The translations under genes were made by a program, and so were the position numbers. A stretch of DNA of 64,000 bases from Nitrospirales bacterium (GTDB lineage: Bacteria > Nitrospirota > Nitrospiria > Nitrospirales > UBA8639), in contig CBDCWC010000002.1 of NCBI GenBank assembly GCA_965223295.1, positions 928,001-992,000 on the forward strand. The letters are read 5' to 3'. Position 1 is the stretch's first letter, and every line of letters starts with the position of its first letter. Under the pieces are notes generated by a model. The model was not told the origin of the DNA, did no database searches, and saw only the letters and a program-made list of their open reading frames with translations. Of this stretch, positions 8,889 to 17,003 are shown one piece after another.

Positions 8889-10553
8889 TTTGAGTAATTC
8901 TTTGGCCGTTCTTCGGAGAGTGGGCGTCAAAGTCTCTCCACCCAGCATACGCGCAATTTCATCTTCCCGATCAACACCCGTGCTTTCTTGGACTGTTGTC
9001 AGCGTTCGATCCTCCACCGTCATTTTCTCCACGACAAACTGTGCATGGGCTTGGGAGGCGATTTGTGGAAGATGCGTGATACAGCACACTTGATGATACT
9101 GAGCCAATTGCCTTAGACGATGCCCCATGACCATGCCGGCTTCTCCTCCAACGCCACTGTCAATTTCATCAAAAATAACGACCGGGGTCTGGTCATTTCC
9201 TGCAAATACCGTTTTCAAGGCGAGCATAATGCGAGACAATTCCCCGCCAGACGCAATCTTACCGAGCGGCATGGGCGGCTCTCCAGGGTTTGGCGCCAGG
9301 AGAAGTTCGAGTCGGTCCATACCAGTAGGCCCAAATCTCTCGTGATCCTGGTTGGCAATAAGATTTATCTCTATCTGCATCGCATCCATCTTGAGTGCAT
9401 CAAATTCCTGTTGAATGTGCTTGGCCAATTGCTTGGCCGCTTTTTTTCTTTTCGCAGACAAGGCTTTTGCTGAAACTTCCAGAGACGCCAGACTGGTTGT
9501 CACCTCGGCTTGAAGTGTGGCTACTTGCTGATCTTTGTGTTGCAGAAATCCTAAGTCGTCTTCTAGGGTTTGCGTAAACTCAATTAACTCTTCGACTGTT
9601 TTGCCGTATTTCTTTTTGAGTCGCTGCAAACCGGCTAAACGACGATCAATCACTTCCATGCGCTTTGGGTCAGATTCTGCCTGAGAACGAAAATTACGCA
9701 GAGATTGGGTCACTTCCTGCAGAGCAATAGTAGAGGACTCTAAGAGCGGCACCCACTCCTGACATTGGGCGTCAATCTGAGCAAGTTCTTGCACCCAGAT
9801 TGTCACATTCTGAAGTTGCGCAAGAACTGAATGGTCCCCATCATACAAAGCGTCATAGGACTGATGAGACAACTCACCTAACTTCCCACTGTGCTTGAGA
9901 CGATGATATTCTTGACTAAGCAACTCCTCCTCGCCAACTTCCAATTGCATGTTGCTTAATTCTTCATATTGAAATTGCAGCATGTCTTCACGAGCCCATT
10001 GTTCTTGCAGACGCAGTTGTAAGGCATCCAACGCCTGTTGCTTGGCCTTCCATTCCTCATAGCGTTGTTGAAAGGTTTCAACCTCGCGATGTAATCCACC
10101 ATGTGCATCTAACAGCTCAAGCTGCGTTTTCGAAGACAAGAGCGATTGCTGATCATTTTGTCCATGAATATCAACTAGCTGTCGTCCAATTTCCTGAATG
10201 GTTTGGACCGGCGCCAATTGTCCATTCACATAACTGCGATTTTTCCCCGAGCGTGCCACAATACGTCGGATAAAGATTTCTTCCTGATCAGAGAGTAGGT
10301 ACCCATCTTGGCGAAGTTGTGACACTAAAGGATGGGATTTAGGGAGGAGGAAGCAGGCTTCTAACAAAGCTTCCTCAGCACCAAAGCGAATATGATCTGA
10401 AGAAGCCCGGCCTCCGGCAAGTAAAAGGAGAGCATCAATAAGCAGAGATTTCCCTGCGCCAGTTTCCCCCGTTAATACGAGAAAACCGGCTGGCAACGTC
10501 AAATGAAGCTGGTCAATGAGGGCGAAATTTGAAATTCTCAGCTCGGTTAGCAT
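8874..10553 (-). CDS. recN: DNA repair protein RecN
   Basis: LTGETGAGKS Walker A, IHGQ, ASGGELSR, FDEID and ITHLPQ motifs. Confidence 0.97.
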   Translation of the reverse strand: MLTELRISNFALIDQLHLTLPAGFLVLTGETGAGKSLLIDALLLLAGGRASSDHIRFGAEEALLEACFLLPKSHPLVSQLRQDGYLLSDQEEIFIRRIVARSGKNRSYVNGQLAPVQTIQEIGRQLVDIHGQNDQQSLLSSKTQLELLDAHGGLHREVETFQQRYEEWKAKQQALDALQLRLQEQWAREDMLQFQYEELSNMQLEVGEEELLSQEYHRLKHSGKLGELSHQSYDALYDGDHSVLAQLQNVTIWVQELAQIDAQCQEWVPLLESSTIALQEVTQSLRNFRSQAESDPKRMEVIDRRLAGLQRLKKKYGKTVEELIEFTQTLEDDLGFLQHKDQQVATLQAEVTTSLASLEVSAKALSAKRKKAAKQLAKHIQQEFDALKMDAMQIEINLIANQDHERFGPTGMDRLELLLAPNPGEPPMPLGKIASGGELSRIMLALKTVFAGNDQTPVVIFDEIDSGVGGEAGMVMGHRLRQLAQYHQVCCITHLPQIASQAHAQFVVEKMTVEDRTLTTVQESTGVDREDEIARMLGGETLTPTLRRTAKELLKGSVE

Positions 10554-10578
10554 TGCACCGAGTGTTCTGCCCTAGCAG

Positions 10579-10926
10579 TTAGGCCGTGGCAGAGGATTCT
10601 GACAAGAGTGAGTCAATGATCTCTTTAAATTGTTGTTTCGGCCGTGCTCCAACAATTTTTTCAACCACCTGACCGCCCTTAAAAAAGAGTATACTGGGAA
10701 TACTCATGATTTGGTATTGGCCAGCTACCTCGGGCGCTTCATCGGTATTGAGTTTCATAACTTTGAGACGGCCCTGATATTCTTGCGCCAATTCCTCCAC
10801 AATTGGGGCCACCATTTGACATGGGCCACACCACACGGCCCAGAAATCCACCATGACCACGTCCGAGGATTTCATGACTTCCCCATCCCAATTTGATGCA
10901 TCAGCTACGGCGACAAGATCAGACAC
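10579..10926 (-). CDS. trxA: Thioredoxin
   Basis: WCGPC active site; AAGGAGG RBS before a GTG start. Confidence 0.95.
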   Translation of the reverse strand: MSDLVAVADASNWDGEVMKSSDVVMVDFWAVWCGPCQMVAPIVEELAQEYQGRLKVMKLNTDEAPEVAGQYQIMSIPSILFFKGGQVVEKIVGARPKQQFKEIIDSLLSESSATA

Positions 10927-11094
10927 GGACAGCCTCCTTTAGGAAAGATAGGTGTTGAGAGCCAGGTAACAGGGTCATCCTAAAACTGCCTTCTGTGGAC
11001 TGTCAACTCGCATGTCGATTCCCCAGCTCAATATGAAGCGTAGATGGTTCTTCAAATACTGGAGAAAATATAAATGATGTCGGCAAACATCTTC

Positions 11095-11658
11095 TTACCA
11101 TTGCCATTCTTGGGGCACCCCTGCCCACCAAGAATCAGGTTGCGCTTTTCGCCAGGCACTTTGTTGCATCCACATTTCATCAGTACGTGCACGATCAAGT
11201 CTATTGGCCATAGAAGCGGTGATATCAAATTGCTGACGCAACCCCTCATGAATCAGCTCCTGAGCCATTCGGGGCATGACATTCGGTGGGTCAATAATGT
11301 CAATCACTTCACGTGCAGTTAAATTCAAGGACAATTGTTCCACTTTAACGTAATCTTCTTGTTTCGCTAAAAAATCCAAATATCCATCAATAGCTTGATA
11401 GACATACGCTAGATAGACATATGCTTCTACCGACGGATATTGGTCAATATATTCATTACAGGCCTCGATTGCCCGCCGATAATCCCCTGCTTGAACATAT
11501 GCCTTGGCTCGAGCTAAATGGGCATTCTGGGTTTGTTGGACTGTTTCACGTTGAGCCAGGCCAACAGGAATATCTAATACACCAAAAAAAATGACGAAAA
11601 ACAGAGAGAAAAATACACCAAATTGCTTGCAAACCTTCAGTTGTGTGTTCTCATACAT
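11095..11658 (-). CDS. Exported TPR-like hypothetical protein (start uncertain)
   Basis: Hydrophobic N-terminal segment followed by a TPR-like helix pair (AKAYVQAGDYRRAIEA..YP..EAYVYLA). Confidence 0.6.
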   Translation of the reverse strand: MYENTQLKVCKQFGVFFSLFFVIFFGVLDIPVGLAQRETVQQTQNAHLARAKAYVQAGDYRRAIEACNEYIDQYPSVEAYVYLAYVYQAIDGYLDFLAKQEDYVKVEQLSLNLTAREVIDIIDPPNVMPRMAQELIHEGLRQQFDITASMANRLDRARTDEMWMQQSAWRKAQPDSWWAGVPQEWQW

Positions 11659-11966
11659 GGCAGTGCTCCATGGTCCAATAGAATTTTTGCCGTGCTCTGA
11701 CATTCTTCCTAGCAATCTTTTCTAAAATTGTCATATTTTTTATCACTTTCCAAAAACTAGAATTTTCCTCTCATTTCAATGCACTGAGAGAAATTAAAGA
11801 AAAAATCTTGTCCTTTTGAGCTATTCCACTGCTTTAAGAATCACGACGATTGACCTTCTTTGTAAGCCTCTCAGACACTTTCTCGCCGGCTAGATGCTCT
11901 GAACAACCTCACTCTTTGAATTATAACCATCACCAAAAAATCCTGATAAATAGTCCCCCAAACCAG

Positions 11967-11982
11967 TGGCATACCTCTTGCG
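11967..11982 (+). promoter_or_regulatory. Sigma-54 (-24/-12) promoter
   Basis: TGGCAT-ACCTC-TTGCG with exact GG-N10-GC spacing, about 100 nt upstream of the hydrolase gene. Confidence 0.65.
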
Positions 11983-12081
11983 GATATGTCCATATAGCCA
12001 GTCACCACTCTAAACAGGGGTGATCAATACAGAGTATTTATCCATAACGAACAGCAACGAACCGAATGACTCGGTGACCTA

Positions 12082-12654
12082 ATGATAAAACGACACCTCT
12101 CACTCCTTCACATTAGCATGATCATAGGCATCGAAACGGTTGTTCTCTGTTTGTTGCCACTGACTCCATTACCGGCCAATACCACCGATATTGCGGCAAG
12201 CCTTTCTTCATATTCACAAAATTCCCAAGGACTGGTAAAGCATGTTCAACATTCTCACTCGCGGCATTCAGATGAGATTCTGGCGGCACTCACGATTTAT
12301 CTTGAGGCACGGGGGGAAAGTTTTGCGGGGAAAATGGCTGTGGCTGCTGTCATCCGCAATCGCATGACGCATAGGTATCACAGCGATGGGACAGTCAGAG
12401 GCACCGTTCTACGAGCCTTTCAGTTCGAACCATGGATCAAACGATCACCTGAAAACGTTCGATTTAACCCACATAATCGAAAGATGCAAGAAAGTTTACT
12501 GGCGTGGAGACTGGTACAAGACGGGCGAAAAGTCGTGAAAGGAGCCGTACTCTTCTATAATCCAACCTTAGTCAGTACCCCCCGTTGGGCGGAGGTTAAC
12601 AGAAAAGTCGCGACAATCGGCGGGCATGAGTTTTTCAATAAACATCAAATTTAA
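12082..12654 (+). CDS. Cell wall hydrolase, SleB/CwlJ (Hydrolase_2) family
   Basis: IYLEARGE (catalytic Glu), VAAVIRNR, QFE, GAVLFYNP and IGGHEFF motifs. Confidence 0.88.
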   Translation: MIKRHLSLLHISMIIGIETVVLCLLPLTPLPANTTDIAASLSSYSQNSQGLVKHVQHSHSRHSDEILAALTIYLEARGESFAGKMAVAAVIRNRMTHRYHSDGTVRGTVLRAFQFEPWIKRSPENVRFNPHNRKMQESLLAWRLVQDGRKVVKGAVLFYNPTLVSTPRWAEVNRKVATIGGHEFFNKHQI

Positions 12655-13533
12655 TTATACTTGTGCATCCTCTCTTCTTCGCAAATTTTTAGGTCGGCCC
12701 TTTGATTTGGTTCCATTTTCAATGCGATCTAACTCTACCCTCAATTGTCGAAGCGCCCCCGAATGGACTCGACAGACTCCTGACTCAGTGAGGCCCAACC
12801 GCCCTCCAATTTCCTTCATCGTTATTCCCGCATGATAGTAGAGCTGTAGCACTTCCTGCTGGCGTGAGGATAAGGTCATCAAGGCCGCTTCTAGCGCGGC
12901 TTTCATCTCAGCATCGGCACAGACCATAAAGGGATCATGATGTTCCAGGTCAGGGAGAACTTCTCGCAACGTACATCCATCTTCCCCTTGGCCAATGGGT
13001 TCATCCAGGCTCAGCAGCCTAGGATTACAGGCTGTAATGCTCTCAACCTCTTCTCGAGAGAGCCCGATGGCTTTTGCCAGTTCTTCCGTTGTTGGAATCG
13101 TTCCGTTTCGTTGAACATGCTCGTCAACTGCTTGGCGAATTTGCTCCCGACGTGTACGCACCGACCGTGGCACCCAATCCATGGCTCGAATTTCATCTAA
13201 CATCATCCCGCGAATCCGATATTCCGCAAAAGTTCGAAATTTAATATCTCGAGTCGGATCATAACGTTTCAGGGCACTCAATAAGCCCATGGCCCCCACA
13301 CTCGTGAGATCTTCTACGTCCAATGAAAAAGGATTTTTTAAAGCCATAGCGCCAGCCATTCGACGAATCATGGGAAGAAATTCTTCAAGAAGGGCCATCA
13401 TGTGCTCCTGATCCACTTCTGCCGGAAAGGCATTGGCCTCTGAGGCTGTTGCTACGTTTGTCGCCAGACAAACAGCTACCGGCTCTGAAACTTCTACAGT
13501 AAGCCCATTCGTATGCTGTCCCTGTTCGTTCAT
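12655..13533 (-). CDS. fliA: Sigma-28 family RNA polymerase sigma factor (FliA/WhiG)
   Basis: EDLTSVG, FRTFAEYRIRGMMLDEIRAMDWVPRSVR, LSLDE and region 4 MKEIG..LGLTES motifs; start at MNEQ after AAGGAAAGG. Confidence 0.85.
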   Translation of the reverse strand: MNEQGQHTNGLTVEVSEPVAVCLATNVATASEANAFPAEVDQEHMMALLEEFLPMIRRMAGAMALKNPFSLDVEDLTSVGAMGLLSALKRYDPTRDIKFRTFAEYRIRGMMLDEIRAMDWVPRSVRTRREQIRQAVDEHVQRNGTIPTTEELAKAIGLSREEVESITACNPRLLSLDEPIGQGEDGCTLREVLPDLEHHDPFMVCADAEMKAALEAALMTLSSRQQEVLQLYYHAGITMKEIGGRLGLTESGVCRVHSGALRQLRVELDRIENGTKSKGRPKNLRRREDAQV

Positions 13534-13836
13534 GTTCTGGCCTTTCCTTTTTTGACCAAAAAAAATGCGTCCAATTCCGAGGAATGGGCGCATAATCGAA
13601 CGCACGTCAGACGGCATACAGTTCGGTAACCAGACTAACCCTGAAATTCATATTCAATTCAGGGTCTCTTGGCTTTGCGCCCTATCCTCGCGGATAGTTT
13701 GCCTTTGTCACCTGTTCAATCACTTAATTTACAATGAATACCTCTTTACTCATTTTTTTTGATCCTGCCTTTTCCGAATCAGTTGTATCACCGATCTTGC
13801 TATGAAGCCGAATCATGTTTCTGCCCTGTGCTAGTG

Positions 13837-13863
13837 TTATCGGGATCGTGGTTTTTCGAATTA
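13837..13863 (-). promoter_or_regulatory. Putative sigma-28 promoter upstream of the sigma-28 gene
   Basis: Minus strand reads TAAT-N15-CCCGATAA; consensus is TAAA-N15-GCCGATAA. Confidence 0.5.
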
Positions 13864-13975
13864 AGGAAAAAACTTGACTGATCTAGGAAAAAGCATAGAA
13901 ATTCATAGATTGCACACTATCGCTCACAAAATCCCCATGGGTTTTTGAGGAAAAAATACTGATTTGTTGAAAAAA

Positions 13976-15064
13976 TTAGCGCAATTTCAGAAATAAATTG
14001 GCCCCAACAAGACAGAACATCAGAGTGGCAATCCAACTGCCGACGATGGGTAGCACCGCTCCGTTTTGTCCCAGCACAATCCCAACCGAATGAGCGGCCC
14101 AAAACAGAAAACCGATGGCTAAGGTTTGTCCCACGCCTTTGGCCACCCCCACACTTCGACCACCGCTTCCCCGCAAACTTAACGAAACGCCTAGAACCGT
14201 CATAACAAATGGAACCATTGAATAGGCCACTCGGGCCCAGTAATCGGTTAAATGCCGCTGCGGATTGTGTCCATCTCGCGTCACCCGTTCGATATACTCA
14301 CACAATTGGTAGAGCGTCATATTTTTAGAATCGTGTGACAACCAATGTTGAAAATCTTCAGGAGTGAGTGGAAGCGAAACAATACGATGAGGCTGTTCCT
14401 GAACCTCAACCCGACCATCATTTCGCACATCGCGCTGTACAACATTTTCCATTTTCCATTTTCCGTCAGAAAATACTGTCTTTTCGGCTTCAACAATCGT
14501 AGAAAGCTGAAAAGGCTCACTCATCGTATACTGATGGAGACCCGTCATGTGAGTTCCGGCTCGTGAGACCGAATCAATCCGCCACAACTGGGTCAGTCCG
14601 ACACGCAGCCATAGACTATCTGGAGTAGAGACCAGGGCCTCAGGTTTTTTCTGAATTGAAACAGATTTCACGTACTCAGCTTTTAGGTTGGCCAAGGGGA
14701 TTATCACAGCCGTTAGGCTGAAACCCACCAGACTGACAGCCAGACCAAAAGCAAAAAACGGCATAGCAATCTGGTAAAAACTGAGGCCACAACTCCGCAT
14801 GGCCGTAATTTCACGAGTCCGATTCAACCCTCCTACCGTGAGAATTGAGGCCATTAATGCCCCCAATGGGGCGAGCAGAAATACAAGTTCTGGAATTCGA
14901 TAGAGAAAAAAACTAAGAATTAAAGACAAATCGGCGTCGTATTTGAGAAATTTTCGTAATTTCTCAAAAAAATCAATGACCAAATAGATAGTCAAGACCA
15001 AGGTCAAACACAACAGAAAGTTTCGACTGAACTTTCCAAATACATACCAAAAAACTTTATTCAT
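13976..15064 (-). CDS. lptG: LPS export ABC transporter permease LptG
   Basis: YjgP/YjgQ architecture, EITAMRSCGLS motif, directly downstream of its paralog. Confidence 0.85.
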   Translation of the reverse strand: MNKVFWYVFGKFSRNFLLCLTLVLTIYLVIDFFEKLRKFLKYDADLSLILSFFLYRIPELVFLLAPLGALMASILTVGGLNRTREITAMRSCGLSFYQIAMPFFAFGLAVSLVGFSLTAVIIPLANLKAEYVKSVSIQKKPEALVSTPDSLWLRVGLTQLWRIDSVSRAGTHMTGLHQYTMSEPFQLSTIVEAEKTVFSDGKWKMENVVQRDVRNDGRVEVQEQPHRIVSLPLTPEDFQHWLSHDSKNMTLYQLCEYIERVTRDGHNPQRHLTDYWARVAYSMVPFVMTVLGVSLSLRGSGGRSVGVAKGVGQTLAIGFLFWAAHSVGIVLGQNGAVLPIVGSWIATLMFCLVGANLFLKLR

Positions 15065-15092
15065 CGTAACGCCATTCTCACCTCACCCTCAT

Positions 15093-16202
15093 TCACTGTT
15101 TACGAGCCTGATTCAGCATCCATATGGTAATGACTATCAAAAGAACATTAGGCAGCCATGCTCCAGCCACTGGGGCCATGCCTCCGGTCGTGACCAAAAA
15201 TTCACCCAAGACATTCAGCATATAAAATCCAATCACCACCAATACTCCAATAGCAAAGCCACCAGCTCTTCCAGATCGTTTGGAGACAATGCCCACAGGA
15301 ACACCCAGCAATCCCAGAACAAACGTACTAACGGGAAACGCAGTATCTTTATGATATTCAATCAACCGCCGAAGCGTACTCGAGTCTTTGCCATCCCGTT
15401 CTTTTAACTGTTGGAGTAATTCCTCATAATTTTTTCGTTTAGCCTTGGCTTTCGCTGACTTAAATGGTGATGGCATCCAAAAATCGTAGGTTTGAAATGT
15501 GACCCGATGAAATGCAGACGCTTCTTCGGGAATCTGGTGAATGGCACCATCAAAGAGCCGTATGCCCATTTGCCGGTTCTCGTTCTGTTTCAACATTTGA
15601 AAATGCTTTGCCACAATAATTAAGGGTTGCGCAGGATCCCGTTGATCAGAAATAAAGACTTGTTTTTTTTGATCAGGAAGGCGCTTCGTATCAGGGACAT
15701 AGACCATTAAACCCGGAATCGGCTCATTGAACACCCCGGAATCCACACCCAATGTCATTTCATCCTCTATGACACTCAGTGCTAACGTTTTCAGGGAAAT
15801 GTTTGCCCAAGGCTGCCCCCATTGAGACAACACCATCGTCAAAAGAAATACGGCTCCGGAAAAGACCACCACTGGAACGATAATCCGCCAAAGGCTCACG
15901 CCCACAGCTCGGAGTGCGATCACCTCGTTATCAAAAGACATGCGATTAAAGGCCGAAATCGTAGCAATGAGGCAGGCAATCGGTAAGGTTAAGACAAGAA
16001 ATGAAGGAAGCAGATGCATCACAATGGATCCTACCGAGGCAAAGTTAATCCCCCGAGAGATCACTAAATCCACCAGACGTAACATTTCTTTGGTAAAAAT
16101 AATAAAACAAAGCCCGATCAAACTGGTCCAAAACGGGGGAAGGAGTTCGAGAAAAATGTACCGGTCAAGAAGTCTGATCAAGGTAGTAAACAGAATGGAC
16201 AA
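15093..16202 (-). CDS. lptF: LPS export ABC transporter permease LptF
   Basis: LDRYIFLELL, RMSFDNEVIALRAVGVS and AWLPN motifs. Confidence 0.85.
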   Translation of the reverse strand: MSILFTTLIRLLDRYIFLELLPPFWTSLIGLCFIIFTKEMLRLVDLVISRGINFASVGSIVMHLLPSFLVLTLPIACLIATISAFNRMSFDNEVIALRAVGVSLWRIIVPVVVFSGAVFLLTMVLSQWGQPWANISLKTLALSVIEDEMTLGVDSGVFNEPIPGLMVYVPDTKRLPDQKKQVFISDQRDPAQPLIIVAKHFQMLKQNENRQMGIRLFDGAIHQIPEEASAFHRVTFQTYDFWMPSPFKSAKAKAKRKNYEELLQQLKERDGKDSSTLRRLIEYHKDTAFPVSTFVLGLLGVPVGIVSKRSGRAGGFAIGVLVVIGFYMLNVLGEFLVTTGGMAPVAGAWLPNVLLIVITIWMLNQARKQ

Positions 16203-16409
16203 TCAAGCAAGGCCGACTAGGGATTCTTGGGAAAAAGGCCGTAAAAGCGAGAATTCAGCCATCATAGCTTCAGATTTTCTTTAAAATTCACCAAAAAGTC
16301 ATTGAAGAAAAATAATTCTCATGCTGCCATTTATTGACAGATTTTTCAAACTATGCTAAATATTTTTTCGTTTTTCTAATAGGTACAAAGTGAAAGATTA
16401 CGCTGCTGG

Positions 16410-16451
16410 AAGCCGAAAAAGGAAAGAAGTCCTTTTCGGCTTTTTCTTTTT
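16410..16451 (+). terminator. Intrinsic-terminator-like hairpin inside the csp leader
   Basis: AAGCCGAAAA(A)GGA / TCCTTTTCGGCTT stem followed by TTTCTTTTT, about 50 nt before the csp ATG. Confidence 0.55.
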
Positions 16452-16502
16452 CATAGATACCATTTTTCTACTATAAATTTTTCACTATCAGTAGAGGGGG
16501 GC

Positions 16503-16730
16503 ATGAACGTGAAAAGTAAAGGAACCGTCAAATGGTTTAATGATCGAAAAGGCTTTGGCTTTATTCAAGTTGAAGGTGGGCAGGATGTTTTTGTGCATTA
16601 CTCTGCCCTTCAAGAAGATGGGTTCAAATCTTTAAAAGAGGGGGAATCTGTCGAGTTCGACTTAGTAGAGGGTGCAAAAGGCCCTCAAGCCTCTAACGTC
16701 ACGAAAGCAGGAATTGTGCAACCATCCTAA
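16503..16730 (+). CDS. Cold-shock protein (CspA family)
   Basis: GTVKWFN, KGFGFI (RNP1) and DVFVHYS (RNP2) motifs. Confidence 0.95.
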   Translation: MNVKSKGTVKWFNDRKGFGFIQVEGGQDVFVHYSALQEDGFKSLKEGESVEFDLVEGAKGPQASNVTKAGIVQPS

Positions 16731-17003
16731 GTTTTTTAGAGGTTCGCAAGGAACAATGGCGTTTTTTGTGGGTGCCATTGTTCAATAGCTCAAAAGTTTC
16801 TCGACTTTTCATGAGAAATTACGCACATCTGTAAACAGATGAGTGTCTTGATGGTCTCTTTCAATTAGATCGACTCAAGTCCATAGACTTGTGAGTGATT
16901 TCTTGACTTCGCTCATTTTCCCCTGATAGACTTCCATCATAAGTTATTGTATTTATTAGAAAAATCAAACAAAATACGGTGTTTTTTACCCTAGGGGAAC
17001 AGT

